A stretch of DNA of 64,000 bases from Anthoceros angustus (taxonomy: Eukaryota > Plantae > Anthocerotophyta), in contig MU008169.1 in NCBI GenBank assembly GCA_010909165.1, positions 62,001 to 126,000 of the forward strand, given 5' to 3'. Shown here in pieces: positions 1 through 14,400 of this stretch (position 1 is its first letter; the number at the start of each line of letters is the position of its first letter). The position numbers and the translations under genes are program-made. Under the pieces are notes generated by a model. It was not told where the DNA came from, searched no databases, and worked only from the letters and a program-made list of their open reading frames with translations.

Positions 1-420
1 AACATGCCATCGGAACATCGAGCCCTACCCAAAACAGACTCTATGTCGCATCGACACCGATGGTTGAGCCGGATGCGGTGGTGGTCGGATCTCCATTTGT
101 GTGCCTTCTCTACATGTACTCTCCTACATGAGGTCGAGCCGGATGCGGTGGTGGGCGGATCCCTTGTGGCGCTACCCCTCTTTACATGTGCTCTCCTACA
201 TGAGATCAAGCCGGATGCGGTGGTGGGCGGATCCCGCTTGCAACGTCCCTTCTCTACATGCGCTCTCACATGAGCTCGATTGAATGCGATGCGAAGTCCT
301 GTTTGTGTGTCCCTCTCTACACGTGCTCTTCTATGAGGTCGAGCCGAATCACGGTGGCGGCCGGATCCCGCTTGCAACGTCCCTTCTCTACATCGCTTTT
401 CTAGATGAGACCGACATATG
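1..420. repeat. Degenerate subrepeats of about 72-75 bp (GAGCCGGATGCGGTGGTGG..CTACATG..), 4-5 per unit; also at about 10315-10670, 10995-11335, 18598-18945 and 26963-27320
   Basis: Recurring GAGCCGGAT(G/C)(C/A)CGGTGG and CCCT(T)CTCTACATG motifs at a spacing of about 73 bp. Confidence 0.75.
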
Positions 421-2765
421 ACTTTGTGCTTAAGTCCACAACATGAGCATATACTCAAAGGGCAAGTCGAGGAGAGGCCTCGCGAGGTGCCCCTACTAAA
501 ATTTGTTACGTTCTAATTTTTATCCAAAATATAGATTCAATTGACCCCATCGCAACACTAGTTGTGGGGTGTAGTCTGAGGTTTTACCCAAATTTGATGC
601 CAACAAGACCATTCAAATTTGGATAATACTAATGAAGACTTTATTGTATTTTCACTATACTAACTCACTTACAAGACTCAGGCCGATCGGCTCACGCCTA
701 GATGCACCCGACCGACCCGGCCACGGAGATGGCGGGTTTCGCGCTGAACTCTGTGAGTGGCATGCCACAAATCGGCGGATGCTCATGAGCATGAGTGAGC
801 ACAACTCGTGAGCACACAACTATGCTCATGGCCATCACCTGCATCAAGCGATAGAGGGCGACCAACAAGCTCGAATCCAACATTCTCGTGAGGAGCAACG
901 ATGTGAGGCTACTACGGACTCACGCTCACAACCACACCAACCGGTGGCTAAGGAGCAAAGTCCCTACTTTTGCAGTGGCTGTAGTGGTGATTTTGCCGAT
1001 GCAATCTTGGAGTAGGCTAGGATGGAGGTATCTGTAGATGTGATGGTAGTCGATGCTGCCTTAATAGAATGTTGTTTACGTATCGATTATCTCATGTTTA
1101 GTTGAAGGATGCATGTTAGATTACATGGAGGATACTTGTGTTGTTGGTATGTGTACTCGGTGGAGGATTTTTTTGTCGATAAGTTAGAGGCCATAGTTGA
1201 AGCGACAATTAGGGAAGGAAGCGATACCATGGACCATACCGAATATGAATTTTACATTGTATGCACGAGAGTCTTTTCCTACGGACACAAACATAGGGTG
1301 CTTATTATGGGTGTTTTACTACGCGTAGTAAAGATAGTAAAATCATTGTGATGTCCGTAGTAAAACCACCCATTTTCTAGTAGTGCATGTAACAATGTTG
1401 TTCCTCCTCTCCTCTTTGCACCTTGGTGCACGGACAATCGTTTGACCCGTTGCGAGAGAGATTATCGCTTGGAATGTACATATTGCAGGCTATACATCAA
1501 GATGATGAAGTAGTCTTTGACTTGGTTCGAGACAATGAGAGAGGATAGTGTACGGCCGGATCCCTTGCAACGTCCCTTCTCTACATCGCTTTTCTAGATG
1601 AGACCGACATATGACTTTGTGCTTAAGTCCACAACATGAGCATATACTCAAAGGGCAAGTCGAGGAGAGGCCTCGCACGCAGTGCCCCTACTAAAATTTA
1701 TTACAATTCTAATTTTTATCCAAAATATAGATTCAATTGACCCCATCGCAACACTAGTTCTGGGTGTAGTCGAGGTTTTACCCAAATTTGATGCCAACAA
1801 GACCATTCAAATTTGGATAATACTAATGAAGACTTTATTGTATTTTCACTATACTAACTCACTTACAAGACTCAGGCCGATCGGCTCCACGCCTAGATGC
1901 ACCCGACCACTCGGCTCACGGAGATGGCGGGTTTCGCTTGAACTCTGTGAGTGGCATGCCACAAATCGGCGGATGCTCATGAGCATGAGTGAGCACAACT
2001 CGTGAGCACACAACTATGCTCATGGCCATCACTCAGATCAAAAGCGATAGAGGGCAACCAACTCAAGCTCGAATCCAACATTCTCGTGAGGAGCAACGAT
2101 GTGAGAGGCTACTAGACTACCGCTCACAACCACACCCTGGGGAGCAAAGTCCCTACTTGCTGCAGTGTGGCACACACAACTGGTAGTAGGTGATTTTTTT
2201 ATGCCGATGCAATCTTGGAGTAGGCTAGGATGGAGGTATCTGTAGATGTGATGGTAGTCGAGATCTTTAATAGAATGTTGTTTACGTGTATCCGATTATC
2301 TCATGTTTAGTTGAAGGATGCATGTTAGATTACACCGGAGGATACTTGTGTTGTTGGTGTATGTGTACTCGGTATGGGAGGATTTTTTGTGTCGATAAGT
2401 TAGGAGGCCATAGTTGAAGCGACAATTAGGGGAAGGCGTATACCATGGACCATACCAATATGAATTTTACATTGTATGCACGAGAGTCTTTTCCTACGGA
2501 CACAAACATAGGGTGCTTATTATGGGTGTTTTACTACGCGTAAGATAGTAAAATCATCATTGTGATGTCCGTAGTAAAACCACCCATTTTCTAGTAGTGC
2601 ATGTAACAATGTTGTTCCTCCTCTCCTCTTTGCACCTTGGTGCACGACAATCGTTTGACCCGTTGCGAGAGAGATTATCGCTTGGAATGTACATATTGCA
2701 GGCTATACATCAAGATGATGAAGTAGTCTTTGACTTGGTTCGAGACAATGAGAGAGGATAGTGTA
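358..2765. repeat. Internal tandem duplication of about 1.2 kb in U1 (358-1552 / 1553-2765)
   Basis: After GAGAGGATAGTGTACGGCCG the sequence jumps back to GATCCC..TTGCAACGTCCC. Junction microhomology is CGGCCG. Confidence 0.9.
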
Positions 2766-5223
2766 CGGCCGATGACATCACATAAGTTCCTCGTGCTCAC
2801 AATTTGTAGTCATGCGGGTCTAGTGGAAAAGGCGGTGTGCTTTGAGGCTATGAGTAGACAATATGGAATTATCCCCATGAAAGACCACTATAAATGTACA
2901 TGGTGAATCACATATTTTGATTTCAAATTATGCAAGAATCCACATCTTTTTCGTCTTCTCCTTGCTTTCTCTGTGTTGCTTTCCGCTTGCACAACAAACT
3001 TTTCCCTTTCTCCTGAGCCTTTCTTCCTTGCCCCTTCGCCTGCTCTTTTCCCACTTTTGTTCCGACCTTCCCTTCTACGGTTCTTGCGGATGCACATCCT
3101 TATACCTCCTCCTCACCCTCCCAAACTTTTGCTAAGTTGAGTTAAGAACCTATGGTTTTATAAAAAAATTGCAGTCCAAAATATGAAATTATTACTAAAT
3201 AGTAAGTCTCAGTTAGAATATTACATATTAAGAAATAGTACAAATGCATTAAAAAATAAAACTATTATCAAATGACAAGTTTCAAATTAGAAATTATATA
3301 TTAAGAAATACTAATTTGGGTTTCACCTAGTATATAATAAGTCCAATCTTGAGTTGTTACTCAAGAATGTAAATTCAATTAGGTTAGTCACATAAGGATA
3401 GAAGTCACCTTATAGGTGGTTTGTTTTGCTTAAAGTAGAGAGCAAATAATAGAACGATTGGCAGATCAAGGACGTGAAGGCGTCGATTAAGTTTATAAGT
3501 CATTATATGCTCCAAGTCATACGTGGTGTAACGCATTCCTAGCTCGCGGATCACGAATACTGTATGCGTGCGGATGGAGGAGAAATCAATGAACCCTTTT
3601 TCAGTGAGTTAAGATTAAGAGATGTTTTCCGATTATGTTGTCCATACACGATTTCCCATGTGCAAAATCTTGTGGTGCAAGACTTATTTTACTATCCATT
3701 ATTCAACATGTGTTTTGTGCAGACTCGCATAAAGAAGATGATGCAGAACGAATAAGTAGGGAAGATTGCATCTGCGACTCCCATCCTTATTTGTAAGTCC
3801 ACCTCTTTCTTTTCTAAATCTTAACTTTTCCTTAAGATAAGTTAAGCAAACTAAGGTTAAGTTAAGAATCATTTGAGCATATACCTTCAATAAATAGATA
3901 GACAATGAGCGGATAGATAGATAGGTAAACACTGCAAAATCTTAGACAAGAGAATTTTCAATTAGTAACTTTTGTTGTAGCTGAATTTGTGGAGGTTTTC
4001 TTACAAGACCGTGTAGTAAGACGCCCGGATCACCTCGGAGATAGGATCCAAGACTATGCGTGCACCTCATTTGTAAGCAATTTTTATTCTCTTGTCTCTT
4101 TTGTGCTCATGATCAACAGTGCACCTTTAGGACTATGTTCCCAACTCGACAATTGATGCTTTTCGAGATCTCATTGTGAATGCTTTGTGGGCTTTCTATT
4201 TGCGAAGAAAGCATACAATCAAATAATGTGTTCGACTTCTTACGATTTTATTTGGAAGTTCGGACATTATGGTTGAGAAGAAAACCGGAAAAAAAGGTAC
4301 ATTTTACGTAATGTAACCTAGCAATTGCCTCGTGATGATCCATGATTGGTAATTCTCGAGTAATTATGTTTGCTCGGCTTGTTGGACATGGTTGAGCGAG
4401 AAGATGTTAATGATAGCGAGGAAAAGGAAAAGGAGTTTGTTCAACCAAAATCGGATAGCGAGGAGGAGAAGGCATTCGACCAAAATCGTGAGTCCCGAAT
4501 CTCATAGACTAATAGTTTGTGCGAATGCCAACTGCTTTTTGATCCGACGCACCTTTGATGGAAAAGGTTGCTAGAGCACGTAGGATTCTGGGTGACATCA
4601 TAGAGATTTGTCAAAGGGCCCCAAGTATGCCATTTGTGAGAACACTTCATTTCTCGATGGTTGGGTTGGTTTGTCCTTACTCTTATCCTTTGATTGATTT
4701 AGAATTGCAACTAGGACCGTGGAGGTCAAGGAAGAGGCAAAGAAAAGGCCGCAGGAATAGTGCGAGAGAGACATGTCATGAATTCACGGTGACAATCTAC
4801 CATTGCACCTATTAGCTGGCGGAAAAGTCAAACTACCATTTAGGTATAACCTAAGCTTGAGCTAGGATACCAATGAAGAGTCTCCTAGCAATTTGCATCA
4901 ATTATTCTTGTATTAAAACAAATAGTCTAGAAGAGTATGTATAGAGGACTTGATAGTTTGTGTGAGTGATATCATATATATGATAGATGTTAAGAAGCTT
5001 GGTATGTTAAGATGTTGAGGAGCGCGCGAGAGGCGAGGAGGATGAGACTCTTTGCATTCTCCAAATTAAGTTAAATATATGTAAATGATAAAAATTATAC
5101 ATGACTTAGAACTCATTCTAACATCTTCATTTGTTAGTGAATTTGTCAAGTATATTGTATTGCACTTAATTTTAAAAGCCCCACATGATCTTACAATAGT
5201 GGAGATAAGCTAAGAGGCCCAGG

Positions 5224-5304
5224 GGAACTTTACAACGAGGCTTTGGGGAACTTTACAACTAGGCTTTGAGGAACTTTACAACTAGGCTTTGGGGAACCTT
5301 ACAA
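5224..5304. repeat. About 23-bp minisatellite GGAACTTTACAAC(T)AGGCTTTG, about 4 copies; present in every unit (about 15018, 23327, 33478)
   Basis: Directly visible tandem copies. Confidence 0.9.
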
Positions 5305-5788
5305 CAACAACTCATTGAGATAGCCACCTAAAAAGATCATGGAGAACTTTACAAGAGCGGCCTATTGAGGACAAAGATTGCACCTTAGCACAAGGCCACC
5401 AAGGACCAAAAATAACGGATATATAATAACTTATCCCAATATTAATCAAACCAAAAATACCTTAACCAAGGAGTTTGATTGAAGTCATGGCTAAAATCTC
5501 CGTGTGTAGCTAAGTAGGTAATTGTTTTGTCCATTGCTCATACTATAAAGTTGGCTCTCCTCGCGAAAAAACAAATGTTCGCTCATGCATATTATAAAGC
5601 TCTGCTCGTTGTTACTCATCGATATTACAAAGCTTTGTGCTCTCCGTTACTTTATCACCGCTATCGTACCTATTCCAATTTCCATCGAGCCGCGAAGTAG
5701 CCAGCCATGTAGACTAGGTACCTACTAGGAGATAGGTGTCTGGATAGCTGGTAAAATTGCAGGCTGCATGGTTTTGGGAGGCCGCCAT

Positions 5789-8700
5789 TTGCGTTCTCCG
5801 GCCATGGTGTCGACCATGGCTCCTCTGGAATCGCAATGTGTGGAATGGGGTTTTGTGTCCAAAGACGCAAGGAGGCCACATTTACCCTCTATGTCGCTAT
5901 AGTCCTAGGATTTGATCCCAAGGGAATGGTTTTGTGTCAAGATGTTCCAAAACTATGGATTCTAGTCTTCACAATCGGCCTACCCAGCCATAATCAACTA
6001 CCGTGTAAACCCACCGCTGGTGGGTTCGGCCACCGCGTGGTGGATTGCCACGCCGTGGTAGATTCGCCACCGTGGTGGTGGATTGCCACGCCGTGGTGGA
6101 TTGCCACCACGCGTGGTGGGTTCGCCACCGTGGTGGCCGATTCAGCCAATGTGGTGGGACCCACCCGACCGCGCACGCGTCGCGATCGACTATTTGGCGC
6201 CCGGTTCCATTGCTACGCTCGTTAAGGGCTATGGTCCTATGCACACAAGTTCACATGTACACCAAGTCACACTCATGTGGATTCACACCCAGCTCACCGG
6301 TGGATGCACACCATGGCAGCGGCACCTCACTCCGCCGATTTCCTCGACCCCACAATTTATTCCCAACCTTCCTCGGTTCGCGTTTTAGACTCTCGCTCAC
6401 CACTTCCTAAACTCCCTTCATACAACGACTCACTCACCCCTTTCTTCTAGGACCTCATACACCACCCAAGATGTTCCCACAGATCCTCCTCTCTCAGCCA
6501 CATAGACCTCTCTTGGGCCACAGGCCTCACTTGGGCCTCACAGACCCCTCCTTGGGCCACACAGACCCCTCCTTAGGCCACAGACCCGCCCCTTGGGCCA
6601 CACAGACCCCCCTCGATTAGACACAACTGGTTAGGCAGGGTAGGGAAAGGAAAAATAGTGGTCGGTTCCATAGGCGATTCGCACATGCGATCTCACCCGG
6701 TCCCCTCAGAATTTCCCTCTCGCATGCGTTGAGCACCCTTTACCACTAGTCACCCCACGGAGCTTGGTCACTCGCTCTCGACCATCCAGGATCTCCCGGC
6801 CCTCTTGTGACGAGAGGACATCAATCAGCCCGTCATGGATCGGATGCCTCCAACCAACCACGCGCACAAATTCGACACCGGGAGCTCACACCGAAATTGT
6901 CTAACGAGAGAGCGAAGGGGTCTCTTGTACATCCCACGGGCGCGAACTCACTTTTCCAAAGGTTCAAAGATGGCTAACCTACCTCCAGTGTCTAAAGATG
7001 GCTAACCTACCTCCAGATCTAAAGATGGTTAACCTACCACGGCCGCCACCAATTCGGGTATCTACAGTTCAGCTTTCCTAGCTCATTATCCTCTAATGCA
7101 AGTGAAAGCCGCGACCTATGATGCCCCCCCTCTAAAATCAGCGCCCTTCTGTGGCCGCCTAGCCCTGCGGCCCATGGGTGTTCCCTCGCTCTCCTACCAC
7201 GCCTCGATCCGAAGATTCTCCCTTAATACCTCCACCTCACTCCGCTATCCGAGGTCCTCTCACTCCCAAGGAGGTGCCGCCCGTCTCGCCCCCGCGACGT
7301 TGCCTCGCCCTTCATCGGACAGCCAAACATTGCGTTCTCCACCATGGTGTCGACCATGGCTCCCTCTTGGAATCAAAGAATGTGTGGAATGGGGTTTTGT
7401 GTCCAAAGACGCAAGGAGGCCACATTTACCCTCTATGTCGCTATAGTCCTAGGATTTGATCCCAAGGGAATGGTTTTGTGTCAAGATGTTCCAAAACTAT
7501 GGATTCTAGTCTTCCTACAATCGGTTCCTACCCAGCCATAATCAGCTACTGTCGAGAACCCACCGTGGTGGGTTCCCACGCCGTGGTGGATTGTACCGCC
7601 AAGTGGTAGATTCGCCACCGCGTGGTGGATTGCCACCGCCGTGGTGGATTCGCCACCGTGGTGGGTTCGGCCACCGTGGTGGATTACCACCGTGGTGGGA
7701 CCCACCCGACCGCGCACGCGTCGCGATCAACGATTTGGCGCCCGGTTCCATTGCTACGTTGGGGCTATGGTCCTATGCACAGTTCACATGTACACCGAGT
7801 CACACTCATGTGGATTCACACCCAGCTCGGTGGATGCACACCATGGCCCGCAGCGCTGCGGCACCTCACTCCGTCGATTTCCTCGACCTGATTTATTCCC
7901 AACCTTCCTCGGCGTTCGCGTTTTCTGACTCTCGCTCACCACTTCCTAAACTCCCTTCACAACGACTCACTCACCCCTTTCTTCTAGGACCTCATACACC
8001 ACCGCACAAGATGTTCCCACGGATCCTCCTCTCTCTCCTCTCTTGGGCCACACAGGCCTCACTTGGGCCTCACAGACCCCTCCTTGGGCCACATGCACCC
8101 CTCCTTGGGCCACAGACCCGCCCTTGGGCCACCCCAGACCCCCCTAATTAGACACAATCGGTTAGGCGGGTAGGGAAAGGAAAAATAGCTGGTCGGTTCC
8201 ATAGGCGATTCGCACATGCGATCTCACCCGGTCCCCTGAATTTCCCTCTCCAGCATGCGTTGAGCACCCTTTACCACTAGTCACCCCGGGCCGCTTGGTC
8301 ACGACTCTCGACCATCCAGGATCTCCCGGCCCTCTTGTGACGAGAGGGCGGCCGAATCAGCCCGTCATGGATCGGATGCCTCCAACCAACCACGCGCACA
8401 AATTCGACACAGGAGCTCACACGAAATTGTCTAACGAGAGACGAAGGGGTCTCTTGTACATCCGGCTACGGGCGCGAACTCACTTTTCCGGTGTCTAAAG
8501 ATGGCTAACCTACCTCCGATTCTAAAGATGGTTAACCTACCACGGCGCCTACCAATTGGTATCTCTGAGTTCCAGCTTCCTAGCTCATTATCCTCTAATG
8601 CAAGTGAAAGCCGACCTATGATGCCCCTCTAAAATCAGCGCCTCCGCTGTCTGCCCAGCCTACGGCCCATGGTGTTCCCCGCTCTCCTACCACGCCTCGA

Positions 8701-8821
8701 TCCGAAAGATTCTCCTTAATACCTCCACCTCACTTGGCTATCAGGTCCTCTCACTCCCGCAAGGAGGTGCTCTCTTGCGTCGTTGCCTCGCCCGCCCCTT
8801 CATCAACTGGACAGCCAAACA
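5789..8821. repeat. Internal tandem duplication of about 1.5 kb in U1 (5789-7329 / 7330-8821)
   Basis: CCATGGTGTCGACCATGGCTCC occurs at both about 5802 and about 7342. Junction microhomology is TTGCGTTC(C)TCC. Confidence 0.9.
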
Positions 8822-9651
8822 TTGCGTTCCTCCATCCACACTCAAGTCTCATCTCTCTTCCACTTATACCTCTCCGCTAGCTTCTTGAACTTCTCCAGGT
8901 GGCGGTCTCCACTTGTTCCCGGCTTGTGAAATTTCATTCGAGCTCCTCATTCGTCGCATGCGCCTCCTTCACTTAACTTCACTCCCCGCCGGTTGCCGAA
9001 CTTCAGCTCGCCTGCCCCTTGAAATCTCGCAGAGTCACAGTACCAAGGTGCGGTCTTCTTCCAATTGCGCTCCAACTCTGCTAGTGCTCAGCTCACTGTC
9101 AACCCCGGCTCGCAACTAGGGTTGTTATCTCCCCCCTGGCCTGTATCTATACGTTCCATATTCGGCCACCGTTGTGGAACTAGCCACCTCCCCACTTCCC
9201 TGCGCCACTGTTGCTGAATGAAGGATCCCCCAACTTATATAGACAATTTTTATTCCTAAAAATCCCAAGGTCCAAGGACCTTCTAGCCTAGCATGACATT
9301 CACAGGTTCGAGGTCCAAGGACTAAAAAGTAATATTGTCATGGGCCAAGGACCCCTTTTAGTATAAGAGGCCTTGCCTCGGACATTTCCTAAGCACTCCA
9401 TCATACAAAACATAAGAAAACAAAAAAACATTCAAACCAGAGGGTTAGTGTACATGTGGTCCTCCACTGATGCACGTCCCCTCCCTGCATTCGGCGGTCT
9501 CGGGCGTGGTGTGTGGCGGCGGCGGACGAGCTCTCGTCTGGATACTTCTTGCCAGCCGGGCTTGCGGATTGGATCAGGTGTTCGATCGACCTTCCTTGGC
9601 GGTGGAAGTGGTCGGGACTAAGCCCGTGCTCTTGGCCACGCGAAAAGATCG
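5804..9651 (+). pseudogene. Interrupted, 3'-truncated copy of PURA exon 1 in U1 (5804-5838 plus 9470-9651)
   Basis: 5804-5838 matches PURA 34073-34110 (MVSTMAP..) and 9470-9651 matches PURA 34108-34325. The two parts are separated by an insert. Confidence 0.85.
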
Positions 9652-10141
9652 TCATTGGGATGAGATCGCTGTTCCCCAAGTTATATAGACTAGGAAACGG
9701 GTCCTTTTACTAATGGCACTTTTGTAGAGAGAGGAGAGATTTTGTCGTCGGTTTGTTTTACTACAGTGAGTTTTGGGTCCATTTATTATTTTCAAGTATA
9801 GCCCATGACTTTACAACATGAGGCTAGGGGTTCTACTACCAAGGTGTATTTCGCCATAGGTTAAATATTGTGATGACGTGGCACAGCCAATTGTTATTTA
9901 CCATGCGGGCACTTAAACAGTTTATAACAAGCGTGGATTTGCGACGGGGATCTTTACAATGGTCCACGGGTCTTTTCCTACGCATCGAGAAGTTACAATG
10001 AGGTTTGGTATTTCACAACGCTTGCCTTTACGCAGGATGCGAGCTCGTGATTTACAATATGGTCATTCACAATGACCGAATTTACCACGATGCTATGGAC
10101 TTAACAACAATGTCATTATGTATTAATTAGAGTTGTGTGCA

Positions 10142-11497
10142 ATGGGGGGTTACATGAGGCTTTTCAAGGTGAGGGTTTCCTCCTCATGGCCGCTTTATTG
10201 ATTCATATGGGCCACATGTATCGGTCGGTCCCTAGCTACCACCCTATATGCAACATGCCATCGAACATCGAGCCCTACCCAAAACAGACTCTATGTCGCA
10301 TCCGACAATCGATGGTTGAGCCGGATGCGGTGGTGGTCGGATCTCCATTTGTGGCGGTACCCTCTCTACATGTACTCTCCTACATGAGGTCGAGCCGATG
10401 CGGTGGTGGACGGATCCCGCTTGTGGCGCTACCCCTCTTTACATGTGCTCTCCTACATGAGATCAAGCCGGATCACGTGGCGGTGGGTCCCCGTTCTGTG
10501 TCCTTTCTTTACATGCGCTCACATGAGCTCGATTGACCAGCGGCGCCAAGTCCCATTTGTGGCACTGTCCCTCTCTACACGTGCTCTTCTATATGAGGTC
10601 GAGAATACGGTGGCGGCCGGATCCCGCTTTGCACCGTCCCTTCTCTACATGCGCTTTTCTAGATGAGACCGACATATGACTTTGTGCTTAAGTCCACAAC
10701 ATGAGCATATACTCAAAGGGCAAGTCGGAGGAGAGGCCTCGCAGTGCCCTACTAAAATTTGTTACAATTCTAATTTTTATCCAAAAATATAGATTCAATT
10801 GACCCCATCGCAACACTAGTTCGATGGGGGGTTACGGTGAGGCTTTTCAAGGTGAGGGTTTCCTCCTCATGGCCGCTTTATTGATTCATATATGGGCCAC
10901 ATGTATCGGTCGGTCCCTAGCTACCACCTATATGCAACATGCCATCGAACATCGAGCCCTACCCAAAACAGACTCTATATGCATCCGACCGATGGTTGAG
11001 CCGGATGCGGTGGTGGTCGGATCTCCATTTGTGGCGGTACCCTTCTCTACATGTACTCTCCTACATGAGGTCGAGCCGGATGCGGTGGTGGGCGGATCCC
11101 GTTGTGGCGCTACCCCTCTTTACATGTGCTCCTACATGAGATCAAGCCGGATCACGTGGCTGGGTCCCCGTTCTGTTGTCCTTTTACATGCGCTCTCATA
11201 CATGAGCTCGATTCGAAGCGATGCGCCAAGTCCTGTGCTTGTCCCTCTCTACACGTGCTCTTCTATGAGGTCGAGCCGGATGCGGTGGTGGACGGATCCC
11301 GTTTTGTCCCTTCTCTACATGCGCTTTTCTAGATGAGACCGACATATGACTTTGTGCTTAAGTCCACAACATGAGCATATACTCAAAGGGCAAGTCAGAG
11401 GAGAGGCCTCGCACGTGGTGCCCTACTAAAATTTGTTACGACTTCTAATTTTTTATCCAAAAATATAGATTCAATTGACCCCATCGCAACACTAGTT
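10142..11497. repeat. Internal tandem duplication of about 680 bp in U2
   Basis: ATGGGGGGTTAC..GAGGCTTTTCAAGG occurs at 10142 and 10824. Microhomology is ATGGGG. Confidence 0.85.
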
Positions 11498-14400
11498 TTG
11501 AGTGTAGTCGAGTTTTACCCAAATTTGATGCCAACAAGACCATTCAAATTTGGATAATACTAATGAAGACTTTATTGTATTTTCACTATACTAACTCACT
11601 TACAAGACTCGTGGCCGATCGCTCCACGCCTAGATGCACCCGACCGACCCCGCCACGGAGATGGCGGGTTTCGCTCGGAACTCTGTGGTGGCATGCCACA
11701 AATCGGCAGATGCTCATGAGCATGAGTGAGCACAACTCGTGAGCACACAACTATGCTCATGGCCATCACCGCATCAAAAGCGATAGAGGGCAGCCAACCT
11801 GAAGCTCGAATCCAACATTCTCGTGAGGAGCAACGATGTGAGAGGCTACTACGGACTCCGCTCACAACCACACCAACCGCCTGGCTAAGGAGCAAAGTCC
11901 CTACTTGCTGCGATGCACATCCGTAGGTGATTTTTATGCCGATGCAATCTTGGAGTAGGCTAGGATGGAGGGTATCAGATGTGATGGTAGTCGAGGATGC
12001 TGCCCTTAATAGAATGTTGTTTACGTGTATCCGATTATCTCATGTTTAGTTGAAGGATGCATGTTAGATTACATTGGAGGATACTTGTGTTGTTGGTATG
12101 TGTACTCGTGTGGGAGGATTTTTTGTTGTGTCATGATAAGTTAGAGGCCATCATTGGGCGACAATTAGGGAAGGAAGCGTATACCATGGACCATACCCAA
12201 TATGAATTTTACATTGTATGCACGAGAGTCTTTTCCTACGGACACAAACATAGGGTGCTTATTATGGGTGTTTTACTACGGGCGTAGTAAAGATAGTAAA
12301 AATCATTGTGATGTCCGTAGTAAAACCACCCATTTTCTAGTAGTGCATGTAACAATGTTGTTCCTCCTCTCCTCTTTGCTCGCTTGGTGCACGACAATCG
12401 TTTGACCCGTTGCGAGAGAGAGATTATCGCTTGGAATGTACATATTGCAGGCTATACATCAAGATGACGGTGAAGTAGTCTTTGACTTGGTTCGAGACAA
12501 TGAGAGAGGATAGTGTACGGCGGATGACATCACATAAGTTCCTCAGTGTGCTCACAATTTGTAGTCATGCGGGTCTAGTGGAAAAGGCGGGTGTGCTTTG
12601 AGGCTATGAGTAGACAATATGGAATTATCCCCATGAAAGACCACTATAAATGTACATGGTGAATCACATATTTTCGATTTCAAATTATGCAAGAATCCAC
12701 ATCTTTTTTTTTCTCCTTGCTTTCTCTCTGTTGCTTTCCGCTTGCACAACAAACTTTTTCCCTTTCTCCCTGGAGCCTTTCTTCCCTTGCCCCCTTCTTT
12801 CTTTTCCCACTTTTTTGACCTTCCCTTCTACGGTTCTTGCGGATGCACATCCTTATACCTCCTCCTCACCCCTCCCAAACTTTTGCTAAGTTGAGTTAAG
12901 AACCTATGGTTTTATAAAAAAATTGCAGTCCAAAATATGAAATTATTACTAAATAGTAAGTCTCTCGATTAGAATATTACATATTAAGAAATAGTACAAA
13001 TGCATTAAAAAATAAAACTATTATCAAATGACAAGTTTCAAATTAGAAATTATATATTAAGAAATACTAATTTGGGTTTCGTCACCTAGTATATAATAAG
13101 TTCAATCTTGAGTTGTTACTCAAGAATGTCAATTCGAATTAGGATATTCACATAAGGATAGAAGTCACCTTATAGGTGGTTTGTTTTGCTTAAAGTAGAG
13201 AGCAAAACAAATAGAACGCATTGGCGAGATCAAGGACGTGAAGGCGTCGATTAAGTTTATAAGTCATTATATGCTCCAAGTCTGGCGTGGTGTAACGCAT
13301 TCCTAGCTCAGATCAGCGAATCTGACTATTATGCGTCGCGATGGAGGAGAAATCAATGAACCCTTTTTCGGTGAGTTAAGATTAAGAGATGTTTTCCGAT
13401 TATGTTGTCCATACACGATTTCCCATGTGCAAAATCTTGTGGTGCAAGACTTATTTTACTATCCATTATTCAACATGTGTTTTGTGCACACTGCATAAAG
13501 AAGATGATGCGACGAATGACAGTAGGGAAGATTGCATGCGACTCCATCCTTATTTGTAAGTCCACCCTCTTTCTTTTCTAAATCTTAACTTTTCCTTAAG
13601 ATAAGTTAAGCAAACTAAGGTTAAGTTAAGAATCATTTGAGCATATACCTTCAATAAATAGATAGACAAATAGACAGATAGATAGATAGGTAAACACTCT
13701 GCAAATCTTAGACAAGAGAATTTTCAATTAGTAACTTTTTTTGTTGCAGCTGAAGTTGTGGAGGTTTTCTTACAAGACTGGTGTAGTAAGACGGCCCAGA
13801 TCACCTCGGAGATAGGATCCAAGACTATGCGTGCACCTCATTTGTAAGCAATTTTTTTATTCTCTTGTCTCTTTTGTGCTCATGATCAGCAGTGCACCTT
13901 TGGGACTATGTTCCCAACTCGACAATTGATGCTTTGAGATCTCATTGTGAATGCTTTGTGGGCTTTCTATTTGCGAAAGCAATGCATACAATCAAATAAT
14001 GTGTTCGACTTCTTACGAGATTTTATTTGGAAGTTCGGACATTGTGGTTGAGAAGAAGAGCCTTTGGAAAAAAGGTACATTTTACGTAATGTAACCTAGC
14101 AATTGCCTCGTGATGATCCATGATTGGTAATTCTCGAGTAATTATGTTTGCTCAGCGCTTGTTGGACATGGTTGCGAAAGCGAAGATGTTAATGATAGCG
14201 AGGAAAAGGAAAAGGAGTTTGTTCAACAAAATCGGATAGCGAGGAGGAGAAGGCATTAAGCGACCAAAATCGAGTCCCGAATCTCATAGACTAATAGTTT
14301 GTCGGAATGCCAATCGTTTTGATCCGACGCACCTTTTGATGGAAAAGGTTGCTAGAGCACGTAGGGATTCAATGACATCATAGAGATTTGTCAAAGGGCT

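Noticed and set aside
2888-3135. K/R/E-rich minus-strand and F/L/S-rich plus-strand ORFs (repeated at about 12552-12889, 20816-21169 and 29391-29746)
   Set aside because: They are translations of a pyrimidine-rich low-complexity tract, and the frames differ between units.
9290-9330. tRNA-like GGTTCGAG T-loop word
   Set aside because: No acceptor or anticodon stems could be folded; it lies among short GGTCCAAGGAC repeats.
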